From positions 18,168,001-18,232,000 of the forward strand of contig CM119371.1 of the NCBI GenBank assembly GCA_051294905.1: DNA of 64,000 bases, read 5' to 3'. The position numbers and the translations under genes are program-made. The first letter of the stretch is position 1. Each line of letters starts with the position of its first letter. This DNA is from Botryllus schlosseri (taxonomy: Eukaryota). Below the pieces are notes generated by a model that saw only the letters and a program-made list of their open reading frames with translations, ran no database searches and was not told the DNA's origin. Below are positions 49,336 through 63,597 of this stretch, one piece after another.

Positions 49336-50697
49336 AAAGGCAGAAAATTTTCTAATTGGTAAAGTCTGCAAATAAGCCAGAGTATCCCAATCCTTACAGG
49401 CAATGCTATAATTAGTTACATCGTCACATGTGTTTTTATTGAGCTTTTGAACTAATTGAAGTGGAGCGCTTTTCATTCGCATAAGCCTGTCCATATATGC
49501 CATATTTTGAATATTTCTACAGTTTTTTACGTTCCAGAATGATTCGCAACACACCTGAGCATCTGTGACGGTACACATAGCTTGGGAATCACTGCATATA
49601 AAATGTAGGTTGATGCGGAAAGCAAATACACCAACATAGTTGCTTGTAAAACAGCTCCGAAATCCAATCTACATCCATGACATCTGTTATCGACACCGAT
49701 GCTATTGCCGACCGATGGTATTATAAAACATTTTGCGCAAAAATCTTTCTGATAGCTAATATTCTAAAGAAGGAAACAGGTTATAACTTGGCCCTACCGT
49801 CTGTGCTAATAGGATTCGAACCTGGTTGCGTTTCTAGTTAAACGTATCATATCAACATCGTGCACTTACGCTTTATGTGGGAAGGAATCATGGCCACGCT
49901 TTGGTTTATATTTAACCCGACGCTCGAGACTCGCAGACCGTGTTGGGTTAAAAAAAAATCGCGAACTTTTTTTACTGTTATGACGCACCTTCTATTGTGG
50001 TATTCACACGAATTCCAGAAATTAGATTAGAATTAGAATTAAATTTGGAGCAAAGAATAACATCAAAAATTAGATTACCGGCATTTCGGTCTAATTCGTC
50101 TTTCTAATTAAGACAACTGCATCGGAGGAGCAAAAGAAATTGATCATTTTGCATAAGCATCCTTGTGTTTCAAACAACTAAATCAAAATTCTATATCATT
50201 ATTCGATTCGGGTTCTTTATTTGGATTATGCGAAAGGCAAGACCGGTACGCAACGTTTCCCTAGTGTCCGAAAGCTGGTATCAGCTGACAGTCAGGATTG
50301 CCTCTCATTAGCGCTTGAGTGTCGCGTCGAAAAAACTACTTCAAGTGACAGTACGAAATGAAAGGTTTGAAAAACGTTGGCCCGGTCAAAGAAATAGTTC
50401 CCAACAGCAGATTTTGCTGAGGAGTGGTGTGATTTTGACAATTAATCGCAGATAGCTATTTTCGAAAGTGCCACATGTACATTCGCAGTGAGTATGCGTG
50501 GTTGTGACATCGACGGTCAGCTACGCAAGCGCAGTATGGCGTAGCAGCCACATGGTGGCTATAGCTCTGCGCCAGCGGCGACAGGCTGCAAGGGGGTGGC
50601 AAAATGAGACTGCGCAGTGCACACATCACGGAGAGATGGCCAATCACGGTCAACACTTTTCAAAGGTGGACTTTTTTTAGTTATATGTGGTAATTGA

Positions 50698-51520
50698 TAG
50701 GGGTGGTGCGAACCCCAGAAAGGTTCTGGTTCGTGTGAACGCGGACATTTCTGAAAGTTTCAGTGTGAACGCGAACGTAAACGTGAACGTATGACGTCAC
50801 ATGTAGTCATATCCCCAATTCCAACCCTACATTTCCGTAAAGTTATTAATGTACATTATAACTAGCGACGACTCGGGCTACATTATGTCACAATGCTGAA
50901 GTACATGCTGACTTTATAAACGTCACCTAATGTATCCACTGGAACAATCAAATGCTATAATATTTCCATAAAATCAATATCTTACGTCGCTTTGCCAACA
51001 ATTTCAAAGTGGATTCGACTAGACCGGAAATATGTAGGCCTATTCTTAAGAGTTAAACACCGGTTTCTATACTTGTGCCAGATATTATCTCAAAAACAAG
51101 TTATACAGTAGCCGACACCCTAATCGGGTATCCAATACAGATATTAAATCAAGATATAGATCCCGTACGCATGATAGATTTTTTACATTAAACATCGATG
51201 CATTCTTTACATCAATTTCGTTGAAGTAAATATAATGGATTGGTAGACTATAAGCACAATTCGCTGACTTCCTGGATGTAGTGTGTTTCGTTGTTGCTAC
51301 TGTGTAATTGCGGGCAAAGCTCATGGCAGAGAGTCGCAAAAGATTCACTTACGTAAAGCAGAATATTTCTAGCAAACTTTCGAGCAAATAATTTTTGAAA
51401 TAGGCAAGGTGCACACTCGTTTAGTGCAGAGTGTCTTTGCATGCTGCCATCACCTTATGGAGAGTGACTCAAAGTTGAAAAGCAAAGAATTTCAATCCTG
51501 TCATATGTCTATGAAGATAA
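50698..51520. mobile_element. Diverged, truncated TAGGGATGGTGTGAAC-family MITE
   Basis: Starts taggggtggtgcgaacc; colinear with the 52378 copy. Confidence 0.7.
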
Positions 51521-51604
51521 GATATTTTGAACACGAGACACACATGGTACAATGCCATGAGATACAATGCGATGTAATGAACATATAGGAGGATGCCGAA
51601 CGAC

Positions 51605-51672
51605 CAGTTGCGTTTCCAGTTGCGGTTGCAGTTATGGTTGCAGTTGTAGTTGCAGTTGTGGTTGCAGTTGCG
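51605..51672. repeat. (GTTGCA/GTTGYR)n hexamer microsatellite
   Basis: cagttgcggttgcagttatggttgcagttgtagttgcagttgtggttgcagttgcgg. Confidence 0.85.
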
Positions 51673-52075
51673 GTCTCCTAAACTAGCATCCACCTCGGCC
51701 TAGAGCACGATGTCGCAGTTCTTTCTTCGATGTTTTGTCTCTATTGTTGCTCTTTCAATTCCTTGTAAGTGCGCTCTTTCATCGGGTCTTTTACTGGACT
51801 TTTTATCGCCGTAAGAACAGCGATGCGGGAGAAGATGAACACAAAATAATCTCCGTCGCGGAATCAAGCCCGGGCCGCTCTGGTGGCGGGCGCCCTACGT
51901 CACCACTGCGCTATCTCACTTTGTGCAATATGAAGAGAGGTAAGCCCGTGTTGAACAGATAAATAACTTGCTTTTGCAACTTTACACAGCAAGCGATCTT
52001 TCTCGCTCTCACATCAGCTTTCCAGTCGTTCTATGGGTCAAGATCCCTGGCTTTCACCCAGGTGACCCAGGTTCG

Positions 52076-54204
52076 GGCTACAACAAATAAGCCGTCTTGA
52101 GAAACCGATTGAAATATGGCACCCTGAAGCGATATATATAATCAGACAACGAAGGTGAGAGATATAAATTGCAATTTGTATAACAACTTCTACCCTCACA
52201 GAAATACCTTGACGGAGGACTGAAGGAAGGAAAAGGAAATCTTCGATGTATTCAAAAGCCCATCGCAAGAAGCACAAGAACTAAGCCAGAAAGAAATCTA
52301 CCAGATCGTAGTTTAACAGAAGACGCAGCCAAGAGGAAACCACGTGGCTGACTGGAAATAAATATGGCTATACCAACTAGGGATGGTGTGAACCTCTGAA
52401 AGGTTCAGGTTCGTGTGACCGCGAACCTTTTTGAAAGGTTTTGTGTGAACGCGAACGTGAACCTTATGACGTCACGTGACGTCATATTGCTAATTCCAAC
52501 CCTATATTTCAATGAAGTGATAGCCTATATTAATGTACACGATACCCAGCGACGACTCGGGCCACATAATGGCACAATGCTGAAGTACATATTGACGTTT
52601 TAAACGTCGCTAAATGTATCAACTGAGGCAATCAAATGATATAATAATCCCATAAATCAATATCTTCCGTCGCTTCGCCAACAATTTCGACGAGGACTTG
52701 CCCGGCAATATAAGCGTACGCCTTAACTGTCTAGGCCGGACCCTAAAATGTATTCGGCGTCTGAGTATTGCTACATGGATATTGCGCAGAGTGTAAAATG
52801 GGTTTTTATACTTGCTACCGCTATTACTCCATAGTAAGCTACACAAGCTATACAACAATAGCAAACACCCCAATCGCACGGATTTGGTTTTTATGATACA
52901 GTAAACATGTGAAGACAAGATTGACCTCGTACGATACTAGATTTTTACATCAGAAAACGATATAGATTGAATAAGCATCATTCGCTATCTACATGTAGTG
53001 TATTTCGATTTTGATATTGTGTGATTGCCGGTCAAGCTCACAGCAGAGAGTCACTAAATATTCACAAACGGAAAGCTGGATATTTCGAGCAAACTTTTGT
53101 TAGAAAGTAAGTTAAAATTTTTGAAATTGTCAAGGTGTTGATCGTTTATGCTGCCAGTGCCATGCATAGAGCGGTTCGCAGTTGAAATGCAATAAATGTG
53201 AACCAAATAAGTTAAAATGAAGTGAAAATTGTAATAAATATGAAAAAGGTTCACAGTGCAGAACCTACCAAGGTTCTGTTGTGAACACGAACCTCAGAAT
53301 TTCCGAGGTTCGCACACAGAACGCGAACGTGAACCTCACGTTCACACCATCCCTAATACCAACCCAACATCAAATATTACACTGAAAACATGCAGCGTGA
53401 AATTTCATACCGCAATAACATTGAAAGTTGGTTTACAGTCTCCAGAAGCACCAACGGATAGGTTGGGTACGAAGGAAAGACGCCTACTTGAGTAACAGAT
53501 GCAAATTCTGAACCATACCTTCGCGGAATGTGCAACTTACAAAAACCTAGGATCTTGAGAATGACCTGCAAACGACTATCGACGCTACACCCGACGAAAT
53601 CATGCGCAACGTATACGACGGAACGCCAGCTCCGACAATAATTAAAGCTTTTATGAACGTCAAAAGCCTAGTGTGGGAATGGAAAATGCACTCGACATCC
53701 AAGGCGAGTACGCCCACAACATTGAACAAAGCATCAACGATATAAGAAGTGAAATTTACCGCAAAATCTCGGCGGAAACATCCAACTAAACTATCCGATA
53801 ATACGCGACAAATCTTATTTATCAACCCACAGAACCCAACCATTTCACCCACCACCTATCCTAAACATCCTATCCTCTCATTCCATCCCATCCTTCCAAC
53901 CCTTTTCCAACCCATATCACCCCCCACCAACACTCCTCCCCGAATACCCAACACACCTACACAAACCATACATCAACCATCATAAACGATAAAATTACGT
54001 CTACAAAAGCTTAATAAGAACAATACACGCATACGAACGCCAACTAGCGGCGGCTTCTACTACGACCTCGACTAGACTACTAATTCAACTCCGATAACGA
54101 CTGCGATGAGATGAATCGATGATGTGAACGAACCAAACCGAAAGTTTTGCATTTATGATTTTATTGCTATTTTATGCACATACTTGAATAAAAATCACAA
54201 AAAC
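52076..54204 (+). mobile_element. 5'-truncated, decayed non-LTR retrotransposon (L1/Tx1-like ORF2 3' end plus 3' UTR)
   Basis: Remnant peptides KEIYQIV..W, RCKF(C)..NHTFAEC (CCHC knuckle, ~53497-53531) and VKSLVWEW; C/A-rich 3' UTR, AATAAA and A-rich tail; 6-bp TSD. Confidence 0.65.
52378..53355. mobile_element. TAGGGATGGTGTGAAC-family MITE nested in the LINE remnant
   Basis: Perfect 16-bp TIRs; perfect TSD ATACCAAC. Confidence 0.95.
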
Positions 54205-54479
54205 GGTTCGATTCCCGGACTGGGAACGTTTTTTTTGTGGGGAATGTTGAAGGGACACTGCATAACTATAGCTATAATATTATTGAACTTTCCCTATTGT
54301 ATTTTAGCTGTAGTAGTCTACCATTAAACCTCATCCTCAACACCAATGTTCCTTCTAAGCTGCGCACATGCGCAAATGCGCAGTGCTGACACGGTCTGTG
54401 CGCACAGAAAATCTAAGTTGCGCACAAAGAATCCTAAGTGATGACCTTTTTTTAGTCGTGACGCACTGTTGTCCAAGGG

Positions 54480-55470
54480 CAGGCCCGGGCAAAGTGCGGC
54501 CCGCGAAGCCATTCTGTGCGGCCCGCTAAAAGTTGCTTGGAATTCATAACATTAAACCTGCTTTTTGAAAATTGATTGGTGGAATAAAACCATAGGCTGT
54601 ATCCTGTATCAACTAAACAGGAAAATCGTATACTTTTAAGCCTACTCATTAATATGCAACGATTACGCTGCCTACGTACCTCGCATGGGTATTCCAGATT
54701 TAAAATACAGGCAACAATTAAATTCACAAGATATCACCATTTCCATATAGTTTACGTCAAACCTTCTTTGTTGCCATTGTCACGTTACGCATTACGGGTA
54801 CAGGCGGGTACACGTTTAAAATTGTTACGCGAGGCGTCTCCAAATCCCTAATTCGAAAAACAAATCAATCAGTGCTCGCGATTACTATATCTCATCATAT
54901 CTATTACACATAAAGGATGAAAGGGCATGTCATAAAGAGAAAGCCGAAAGCTGAAATTCAAAGAAGGTTTAGAGCACTAAATATTTGCATATCGGAGTAA
55001 ACTGGGGTAAACTGGGTAAACCCGTCCTTTTAGTTTTTGCCGGTAGGATATGGCGAATTCACACATGCACGGTTCCCGGCCACGATTTTTGGCCAGTAGG
55101 ATTTTTATTATGACAAAAACACGAAACACTCGGTCAACGGAGGGCGAATTTCAGAAAAACTGCAAACTTCGCTCAGCTTTGTACTATCCCATATGCATTG
55201 CAGTGCAGTGATTCTTGAACTGGGGGGCGTGAATGCATCTGAAGGGAGGCGTGAAGCTGAAGGTAAATGAAAAAAATTCGCGCTAGGCGCTATTTAACCC
55301 CAGCTTATACTTTATTGCTCTGTGTATTGTCCGACTTTGATAATACAGAATTCTCTCATCAACAACCATAACCTTCCATGCTATCAAACTATCCTTCGGG
55401 ATTGCTGGCATGCTGGTTGCTCTTTTTATTATGTTGTGATATCATGATAGGGGTGCGGGCGAAACACTGA
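54480..55470. mobile_element. Truncated copy of the hAT-type element at 55904-57200
   Basis: Colinear direct similarity over ~1 kb. Confidence 0.75.
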
Positions 55471-55903
55471 ACAGGGAACATGATATACATGAATTATGAT
55501 ATCCGAACCAAGTAAAATTGAACGGCCGGTAAACGGCTATACACAATGCGCCTTAAGGTATAACATAAGTGCAGATTTGCCTTATAGGTGGTGTGAGGTT
55601 ATCTTACGTGTCCGACAGCCTGTAATGGTATACACAGCGAGTCCGTGGTCGACGGATGGCAACTTGCAATACAATATATTTATTTGACAGTCGCTGATAC
55701 AGAATTCCTGCGTGAGTTCTTGGGGGCAGTTCAACGGACAAGAATTGCCTTTCCCAGATATATTGTACGAATAATTTAGGCAGTTATAGGTTCTTGAGTC
55801 TCTCGACAATATACGACAGACCAGTGGATACAAACTGGTGTTACATAGAACACTAGGGGCTGCCTGAACCCAAAACTCACACACATGATTTATCCGTCTT
55901 GGC

Positions 55904-57200
55904 CAGACCTGGGCAAAGCGCGACCCATTCTGTGCGGCCCGCGAGAGGTTGCTTGGAATTCGTAACATAAAACCTGCTTCTTGAATGTTGACGCGTGGAC
56001 TAAAACCATAGACTGTATCAACTTAACAGGAAATTCGTTTACTTTAAAGCCTGTTCATTAATATGCCACGATTACGATGCCTACGTACCTCGCACGCGTA
56101 ATCCAGATTCACAATAAAGGCAATGTGGCAAAGTATGAGTAGCAATTAAAGTCACAAGAAATCAATCTTTCCATATAGTTTAGGTCAAACATTCTTTGTT
56201 GCCATTGTTGCATTACGCATTACACGGTATTGTTGCGTGAGGCGTTTCCAAATCCCTAAGTCTTAAAACAAGTGAATCAGTGCTGGCGATTACTACATGA
56301 CTCATCACTCAGTCATCATGTATAATGTATACCACCTATAAAGAATGAAAGTGCATGTCAAGAAAGCCAGCCGAAAGCTGAAATTCGAAGAAGGTTAGAG
56401 CCCTAAATATTTGTATACTGGAGTTAGGGGTAAACCCGTCCTTTCAGTTTTTGCCGAGCATCTCGCCGAGATTAGGGATTTTAATTATGACAAAAAACAG
56501 GAAACACTCGTTCAAGGGAGGGCGAATTTCGGAAAACGTACAAGCTTTGCTCAACATCAAGGCTATTAGAGCTGCACACTGCTTGGAAGGCAGCGACCGA
56601 GACAATAAACATTGTACTATACCATATATATTTCAGTGCAGTGGTTCTCGAACTGGGCGTGAAAGCATCTGAAGAAGGGCGCGAAAACGACGGTAAATGA
56701 AAAATTACGCAAAGATTATGTGGTGATATAGTTATGGCTCTGTGTATTGTCCGACTTTCATATAGTAAAATTATCTCACCACCCGCCATGAACCTTCCAT
56801 GCCAACAGACCATCCGTCGAGAGTGCTAGCATTCTCGTTCGTCGTTTTAATATTTTGTGATATCATGATATGGGGGGTCGAAGGTTTTCACTATGATAAA
56901 GGGAAGCGTGCCTAAAAATGTTTGAGAACCACTGTTTGCTGTCTTAATAGAAGAACGTGGAGAGGGTTTTAAACAGGGTTAAAATGAATCATGTTCAACA
57001 TTGTTTCGAGTCATGACGACAAATAGATAACTTTCTCATTACCTAACACCAACACAATCACTGAGCAGCATTAATAGCAATGTGATTGGGAAATAAAATT
57101 AAAATACGCTGGAAAACATTTCTAAAATTTTTCACTCGGCCCGCCAACGTATTTTCTACTTCTCATATGGCCCGCGTAGGAAAATAATTCCCCACCCCTG
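55904..57200. mobile_element. hAT-type non-autonomous element with a nested MITE (~56639-56934)
   Basis: cagacctgggcaa ... ttccccacccctg; perfect TSD GTCTTGGC. Confidence 0.85.
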
Positions 57201-59971
57201 GTCTTGGCCATCATTGGTTGCAGGTAATTAGGGCCGATCAGAAGTCGAATTCTGCGTGATACTGTTACGGTGGTACGCAGTGTGCAGTGGCGTTTGCGAG
57301 CTAGCTCGAGCGAAGTATTTTACCGGTGAATTGTCGATCTAATAGTACGCGCAATTAATTTTGCATAAGCCATTTGGGGTACAGAACTTCAGACTAACGC
57401 GAAACAATAACTTCATATTGATAATTTATTCGATAAAGGCTTTTCGACTGACTCTCATCAGTAGCGAACGTCAGTAATAGGGTGAATCAAATTCGAAATG
57501 TAGGAGCTATTTTGTCTGTATGGCGTAATAATAACAAAAACAAACAACTAGTAGACAGGCAAGATACGGTAGTAACGAAACATAACAAACGTTAACGAGT
57601 ACATCTTCGGTTATAAATAACCGAAAAACAACAACAAAATTTTGCATGAATTATAATAAACCACTGCATACGTGGACACATGTTGCAAACATCGGCGGTA
57701 TATATTACGAGCGTAGCGCGAAGACAAATTTCGAGATTTGACAGAATTTGTCAAAGTTTAATTAGGATAAATAGAACTGTCCCTGCTACACCATCTACGG
57801 CGACGCCGTTTTTCGTTAGCATCCCCATACCCCCCTCAGAGTCTAGCGCCCCACATATCTCTCCCTGAACGTTCCGTTCCCTTCAATATCGAAATAGCCC
57901 CCTAGGGGCACTGGAGCCATGGTTAAACACCGCTGCTCTACAGCTATATCATGCATTAGGTGCTGACTGTCGGGGAATCAATATACGTCTACGGTGTCAC
58001 AGTTAAAATCGAAATAACTACGGTTCATGTGCAATTATAAAAAGAATTCTTCTTGTGAGTAAATTTGTCAATGTCATGGATGCAAGTCTTCATACATGAT
58101 AAGTTGTAGAGGATTCTTCACGCCCCATGACTAATGCGCCTGGGGAGAGTCTCCTCCTCATTACAAATCACGGAGATATAGGTACGTACCTTCGTCCTAT
58201 ACACGATACTTGATAATTTAGACTCAGATTCTTAGAGCTGCATTAGCAATGTGCATATACACAATCAAATTTTCCAGTCAGTTCGAGTTGGTATATCGAC
58301 CGGATCATGTAATTGATCGTGCCATTGATCGTGCCAGTCCTATCCTGTCACTAGTATGGATCGATGACGGCACAACGAAAACAGCAACCTTTCTCCCGTA
58401 AGCGAATGTACTTACTAACAAAGGTCATATGTTTTCGTACATTGGCTACAAATTCTGCGTTGTGAAATACTTCACATCGCCCTTTGGCGTAAAGATACAG
58501 AAACGTTAGAGCTAAAGGTACAATACAGCGAATTCCGAAAAGTGCCTCCATGGGGTGTATTGCCACGGTGCTTTATTTTTTATGGCTCTCCCTTCTCCGC
58601 CTCGGGTGAGTGACGCGGTGGCGGTCGTCTGTTTTGTTGTTGTTGTTGTTGTAGTAGTATTAGTTTGCTTATATTTGGTATTATTTTATCAGGATTTCGA
58701 GTGATTTGTACCGTCATCAAATAATAGATTCGTCCACTTGGTGTTTCTTGTTTGATGTCAGTTGAGATTCTTGAGAACCACGAATAAGTCAGCTTTCTAC
58801 AATCATCGCCATTTTTGGAGACAATGGGTATCGTTATATTTTCTAGAGAGCAGTTGTGTCATAGACTGTCGCATTTTTCTCCATCGCCACGATGATCTTG
58901 ACATCGCTTTATACTCTGTATGCATGATTATAGGGTCAGAAACCTTGGCGTATGAAGTTTAGGATAACATGCGACTCCGTGAGGTGTGCAGACAAAAAAT
59001 ATAGACGGGAGAAAATATTCGCAAGTAACTACCACGTCTGTTGACAGAGATGACGCATGTCTGATAAAATGCCAATTTCGAACCATGCGCACTTCACTAA
59101 AGAAGTGTTTCTTCTGGTTTCGAGTGGTACATCCGGGCGATTCCGATAAAATTTGAATACAGCGACAATTCTGGCGCGGGCTCACGTTCGCGTTCTGTGT
59201 GCCAACTTCAGATATTTAGAAGTTCACGATCACAAACGAACCTTATTGGTAGGTTCTGCACCGTGAACATTTTTTCATATATTACAATTTTTCACGTCAA
59301 TATAACATCTTTCGTTGAAATTCTTTGCATTTCAACTTCAGACCACTCTATGCATGACGCTTGCTGCATAAAAACAACCAGCAGTAAACGAGCATGCACC
59401 TTAGGCCTACCATTCTTATAAATTAAACTTGCTTTGTTACGATAGTTTGCTCGAAATATTCAGCTTCCCGTTTGTGAATATTTTGTGACTTTGTTCCTTA
59501 TTCAACCGATCAATGAAATTGATAAAGAATACATCGTTGTCTAGCAGGCGTGCGGGATCCATCTTGATCTGACAGGTTTGTTGTATCATAAAAGTTTTGT
59601 TTTTGAAAATCCCTATTGTATATTGAAACTATTGAAAGATCAATTTCGATATTCATCACACATCAGAAATATTTTGGATTGGGATTTCGGAATCAAATTG
59701 AATAAGCCATTTCGTGATTTTCCCAAGATTTTAGCCTATACTCCATATAATCCCGGGATTTTTCGAGATTAGCAGAATATAACAATCTGCAAGCTACACA
59801 AATCTTATTTATTACATATACTGACACAAAATACCAGTGCATCGAGAGTAGCCTCTATCACCGTTTACGCGACTTCTGATTTTTGTGGCAAAATATGCAA
59901 GAGCTGAAAATGCACGTTGGATTAATACTTTTTCAAATTACATCGCCTTATTTTGTTTGCTTCATATAGAA

Positions 59972-62014
59972 CAGTGGTTCCCAAACTTTTACGGTGTGAG
60001 GGCCAAATTTAGAATTTCAGAGTACGGTCGGGGCCGCACGACTACTACGGCTATGAAACGGACCCAAACAGTCATCATGGGTATTTCGGAGTAGTTTTAT
60101 TGCCCTGGGGAGATTTCAAAACTGTACACTGTTTACCGCTACTTATCTGCTGCATTGGGTGTCCGTTGAGTGAATCAGCTTTTCTCGTCTAAACGCGCGA
60201 AGCGCGAGAAAGTTATTTAGTTTCATGACTGAATCGGTCAATATGATCGGGAATTGCATGTATTGCTATCAATTTTCATCTTGTCTATGTTCACGTAATC
60301 TGATTTACCAGTATAGCTGAGTGAGGTGTGTTTGTAAAGGTATCGGCCCCCTCAATAGGAATTAAACATATCCGGGGGTATACCCGTTGGCAGGAACGTA
60401 ACGGCACTTCGTCATGACCCCGGGCTCCCATAGGGTGATAAACTGACCCCGCATGACGTTGTTCGCTTTTGCCACGAAATTAAAGTTGTACTGTGTATTG
60501 AGACAGCGCGACGCCCGAATATTTCGATAATTCATGATAAGACCGGTGAATAAGATCGGGAATTGCGTGGTTGTCCTCTTTGCCCACGTAATCCGATATA
60601 CCGGTAGCGCTGAGTGAGGGGTGTCTTGAAACTGCAGACCCCGTAAAATTAAACATCTTCGGGCGGGCAGACCCCTAGTTATGACTTTTTCACATGATGT
60701 TATCGTGACATCCTGATGTCTGCTATATCAAAAAATGTAGAATTGCCCAAACCTACTAAACTGGAAGATCACACGATTTCAGATTGGTATTTCTTCACTG
60801 GCATATAATTTTCTTTCCAGCAGGATGGTATTTGTCTTGTGAGGTTCAGATTGCCAAGACAAGAACATTCGGCGCCAGTCATTTATAGGCACCTATATGG
60901 ACAAATAAACCTATATGTATTTTGTATATGTAACGAAGTTTTTGGTATTTCGAAGTTTTTGGTCAGCATAAAAGCAGTCCTTTACGGCCAAGGCTTTCTC
61001 GCTGCCGATCGTTCACACTTCTTGGAGTCGCATGTTACATATGGCCTAAAACTTTATATGTCTTGGTGCGTTGTGGTGCGGTCATGGCCAACGCTGATAT
61101 GCCCATTTCTATAAAATCTTGCGTATTTTTTCTTGGGGGAGAGTACCCAATAATCAAGATATGCGGCAAATTGAAATCGCACCCAGCGCGAAAAATTTTT
61201 GAAGAAGTTGCATAAATTTTCAAAAACTACTCTATAATTTATGCCAATTCACGAAATAATTTGGGCCCCCTTCGAACTTGGCCCCCTCAACTGGGGGGTT
61301 TGGGGTGCGGCAGTTACGGCCCTGAATAGGACTTCCAGCAATTATACTGCTTTTAGCGGACTAAGCAATATCCGTCTCGGCGTATTCAACCGTAGGTCAC
61401 GTGATGTACATCTAGTTATAGGGTTACCATACGTCCTCTTTTAAGATGATTTGTCCTCTTTTTTATTGTTTTTGAAGTGTCCTCGGAGGACGCCCAAATG
61501 TCCTATTTTTTTAGATTTTGTCTTCTTTTTTGAGGATTTTTGTTACATATATGGCTAAATTATACTGATATACATTAAGTCAGCACTGTAGGAACGCTAC
61601 GGCGGCTATTTCGGAGCTGGACTGGGAAGTTTTTTTTTCAGTCAACCACCTGTTAATGTGAAAGAAAAACTGTATTTTCTGGGAGTTGAGCCTCTTTTTC
61701 TTTTGTATAGTCAAGCGACCACGCGGGAGAGATTTTCCTCCGGTTTTGAAAGTTAGCAATACCTATTTATATCTACAGCTACTGCTCGTTCAACTGGAAA
61801 GTTAGGGCACATTGCATTGAAACAGCAGTGATATAACGTTAGCAGTGAATACTAACAACTTTCCTGCAATTCTATAATTAAAAACCACAGAGGTCAAGTC
61901 AAGCAAGAGTATTTTATAAATATATATTTCATTTTTGTTAGTTATCGATTTCCTAATATATTTTGGGGGCCGCAAGAAGGCTATCTGGGGGCCGCATGCA
62001 CTTGGGAATCACTG
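59972..62014. mobile_element. hAT-type element with nested CAGGGCCGTAAC (ends 61324) and TAGGGTTACC (from 61419) pieces
   Basis: cagtggttcccaa ... ttgggaatcactg; perfect TSD ATATAGAA. Confidence 0.8.
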
Positions 62015-62311
62015 ATATAGAAGCTTTTCCTCGCATTTCCTGAGCGCCGATGTTACAGTTTTGTGCTTTAGTTTCTTATTCGCTTTTATATTCTGCTGCG
62101 AAAGCATGCGCTAAGCGGCTAAAGTATGAGCTTAAGACGTTTCAGTGTCACTGACATGGCTACGATATATTGCTGTCATAATTCTCCATTGATTAGCTGA
62201 CTTTGGGAAATCTGATGAGCGGTAAGCCCGTGCTCACTGCTCAACGGTTCATCGAGATTCGAGAGAAGACTTTGGCAATATTGAAGCGATCGTCGCCTCC
62301 CTCATTCGGCT

Positions 62312-62383
62312 TCCCAGTTGGTCTAGGGGTCAGGATTCCTGGCTTTCACCCAGGCGGCCCGGGTTCGATTCCCGGACTGGGAA
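62312..62383 (+). tRNA. tRNA-Glu-TTC: tRNA-Glu (anticodon TTC)
   Basis: Full cloverleaf: acceptor TCCCAGT/ACTGGGA, anticodon arm CCTGG-CTTTCAC-CCAGG, T arm CCGGG-TTCGATT-CCCGG; TTTT immediately downstream. Confidence 0.97.
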
Positions 62384-63597
62384 CGTTTTATTATTGGCTG
62401 GAGAAGTTGAAGGAACACTGCGGAACTGCAGCTAAGATATTATTCGAATTTGCCCATTGCCCCATCAACCTGATCATCAACACTAATAGATTCAATTATT
62501 ATTATTAGCTGGTTTGGAATAAATTGCACACTGCAGCAGATTTCACACCAACTTGCACTTTGAAACTGCTTGAGTCAATTGAGGTAAAACGTACTCAGCT
62601 GCAGAGTTGCGGCATTATGCTCGAAATCAATCACTACCATATACTTAGACCACAGCATATATATTTCCATTGATTAGGCTGTCACCACCATAAAGCCATT
62701 GAACCATCACCTTGACTCACACGAGAAGGATGCTCACTGCTCAGTAAACAAGTACACCTGCTTTTTCGAAGGACTTTTTTGCCTACACAGATGCGTATGT
62801 TCCATACATCGCGGTTGCCATACCGTCCTTATTTATAAGATTTGTCCTTATTTTGAAGGGCCACGTCTTAGAAAACTCAACTGTACTTATTTCCAAGAAA
62901 TATCCTTTTTTTCGACTTGCATAATATTCTAAATTTATGCTTTTGCATCGAGATTTTATGACATTATAAGTGAACGGAGCGAATCAGCCAATGAATCGCA
63001 AAATAATTTCAAAAATCAAACTATAGAGTATGACTGGAGTGACGACTCGATTGTTCTCCCATTGTTAGCCGGCAGAATGGTCACGGTCAGATGGATCCAC
63101 CCAAAACAGGATAGCTCAGTGCTTGTTTCAATGGCGTTCAAGGCGATTCGTCGTGTATTTCTTGAAGTTGCGTCGGAATTAGTTAGACAGTTCAACATTT
63201 AGGTAGCGGTGGCGAGTCGTTATGACTAGTGAATAATACTGTGTAGCCTATGTTACATTTCTCACGAGATTGATGTGATATTGTGGCTTTGATCCTTTGT
63301 AGAGTTTGCTACGTATATGAATAATGAATATGATGACGGAAGGTATAGAATATCTGGTTCGTGTGCATTGGCTATTGTGAGATGAACTCATGGAAAGAAA
63401 GACTGAAGAATACTACAAAGTGAACAAGTGGAAAGATCTTGAACTATACCGATATGCAATTCACAATATCGTTGATTGAAAATATGTCCTATATTAACTG
63501 AAGAAACTCGAGAATGAATATAACAAATAATATTGCAACTGTCTTGTAGTCTTATATAATGCCTGTCCGATAACCGCAGAAACTTGAGTATGACTAG

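Larger units (their letters stand above)
52020..54226 (+). pseudogene. tRNA-Glu(TTC) pseudogene split by an insertion (5' part 52020-52075, 3' part 54205-54226)
   Basis: Both parts and their flanks align with the intact gene at 62312-62383; GGTTCG is present at both junctions. Confidence 0.9.

Noticed and set aside
49128..49403. Repetitive ORF (LFPNYIRI repeats)
   Set aside because: Translation of the inverted minisatellite; no other sign of coding.
53547..53985. Hydrophobic and Pro-rich ORFs
   Set aside because: Antisense or off-frame readings of the LINE remnant and its C-rich 3' UTR.
52076..54204. Dada-type DNA transposon or integrase-mediated island as the tRNA insert
   Set aside because: The 6-bp duplication would fit, but the AATAAA, A-rich tail, 5' truncation and CCHC-like remnant favour a non-LTR retroelement; not fully excluded without a search.
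62205..62260. Hammerhead ribozyme (CTGATGAG core)
   Set aside because: No GAAA after the potential stem II and no closing stems I/III found.
62203..62508. 101-aa ORF
   Set aside because: Overlaps the tRNA-Glu gene, non-ATG start, no recognisable protein features.
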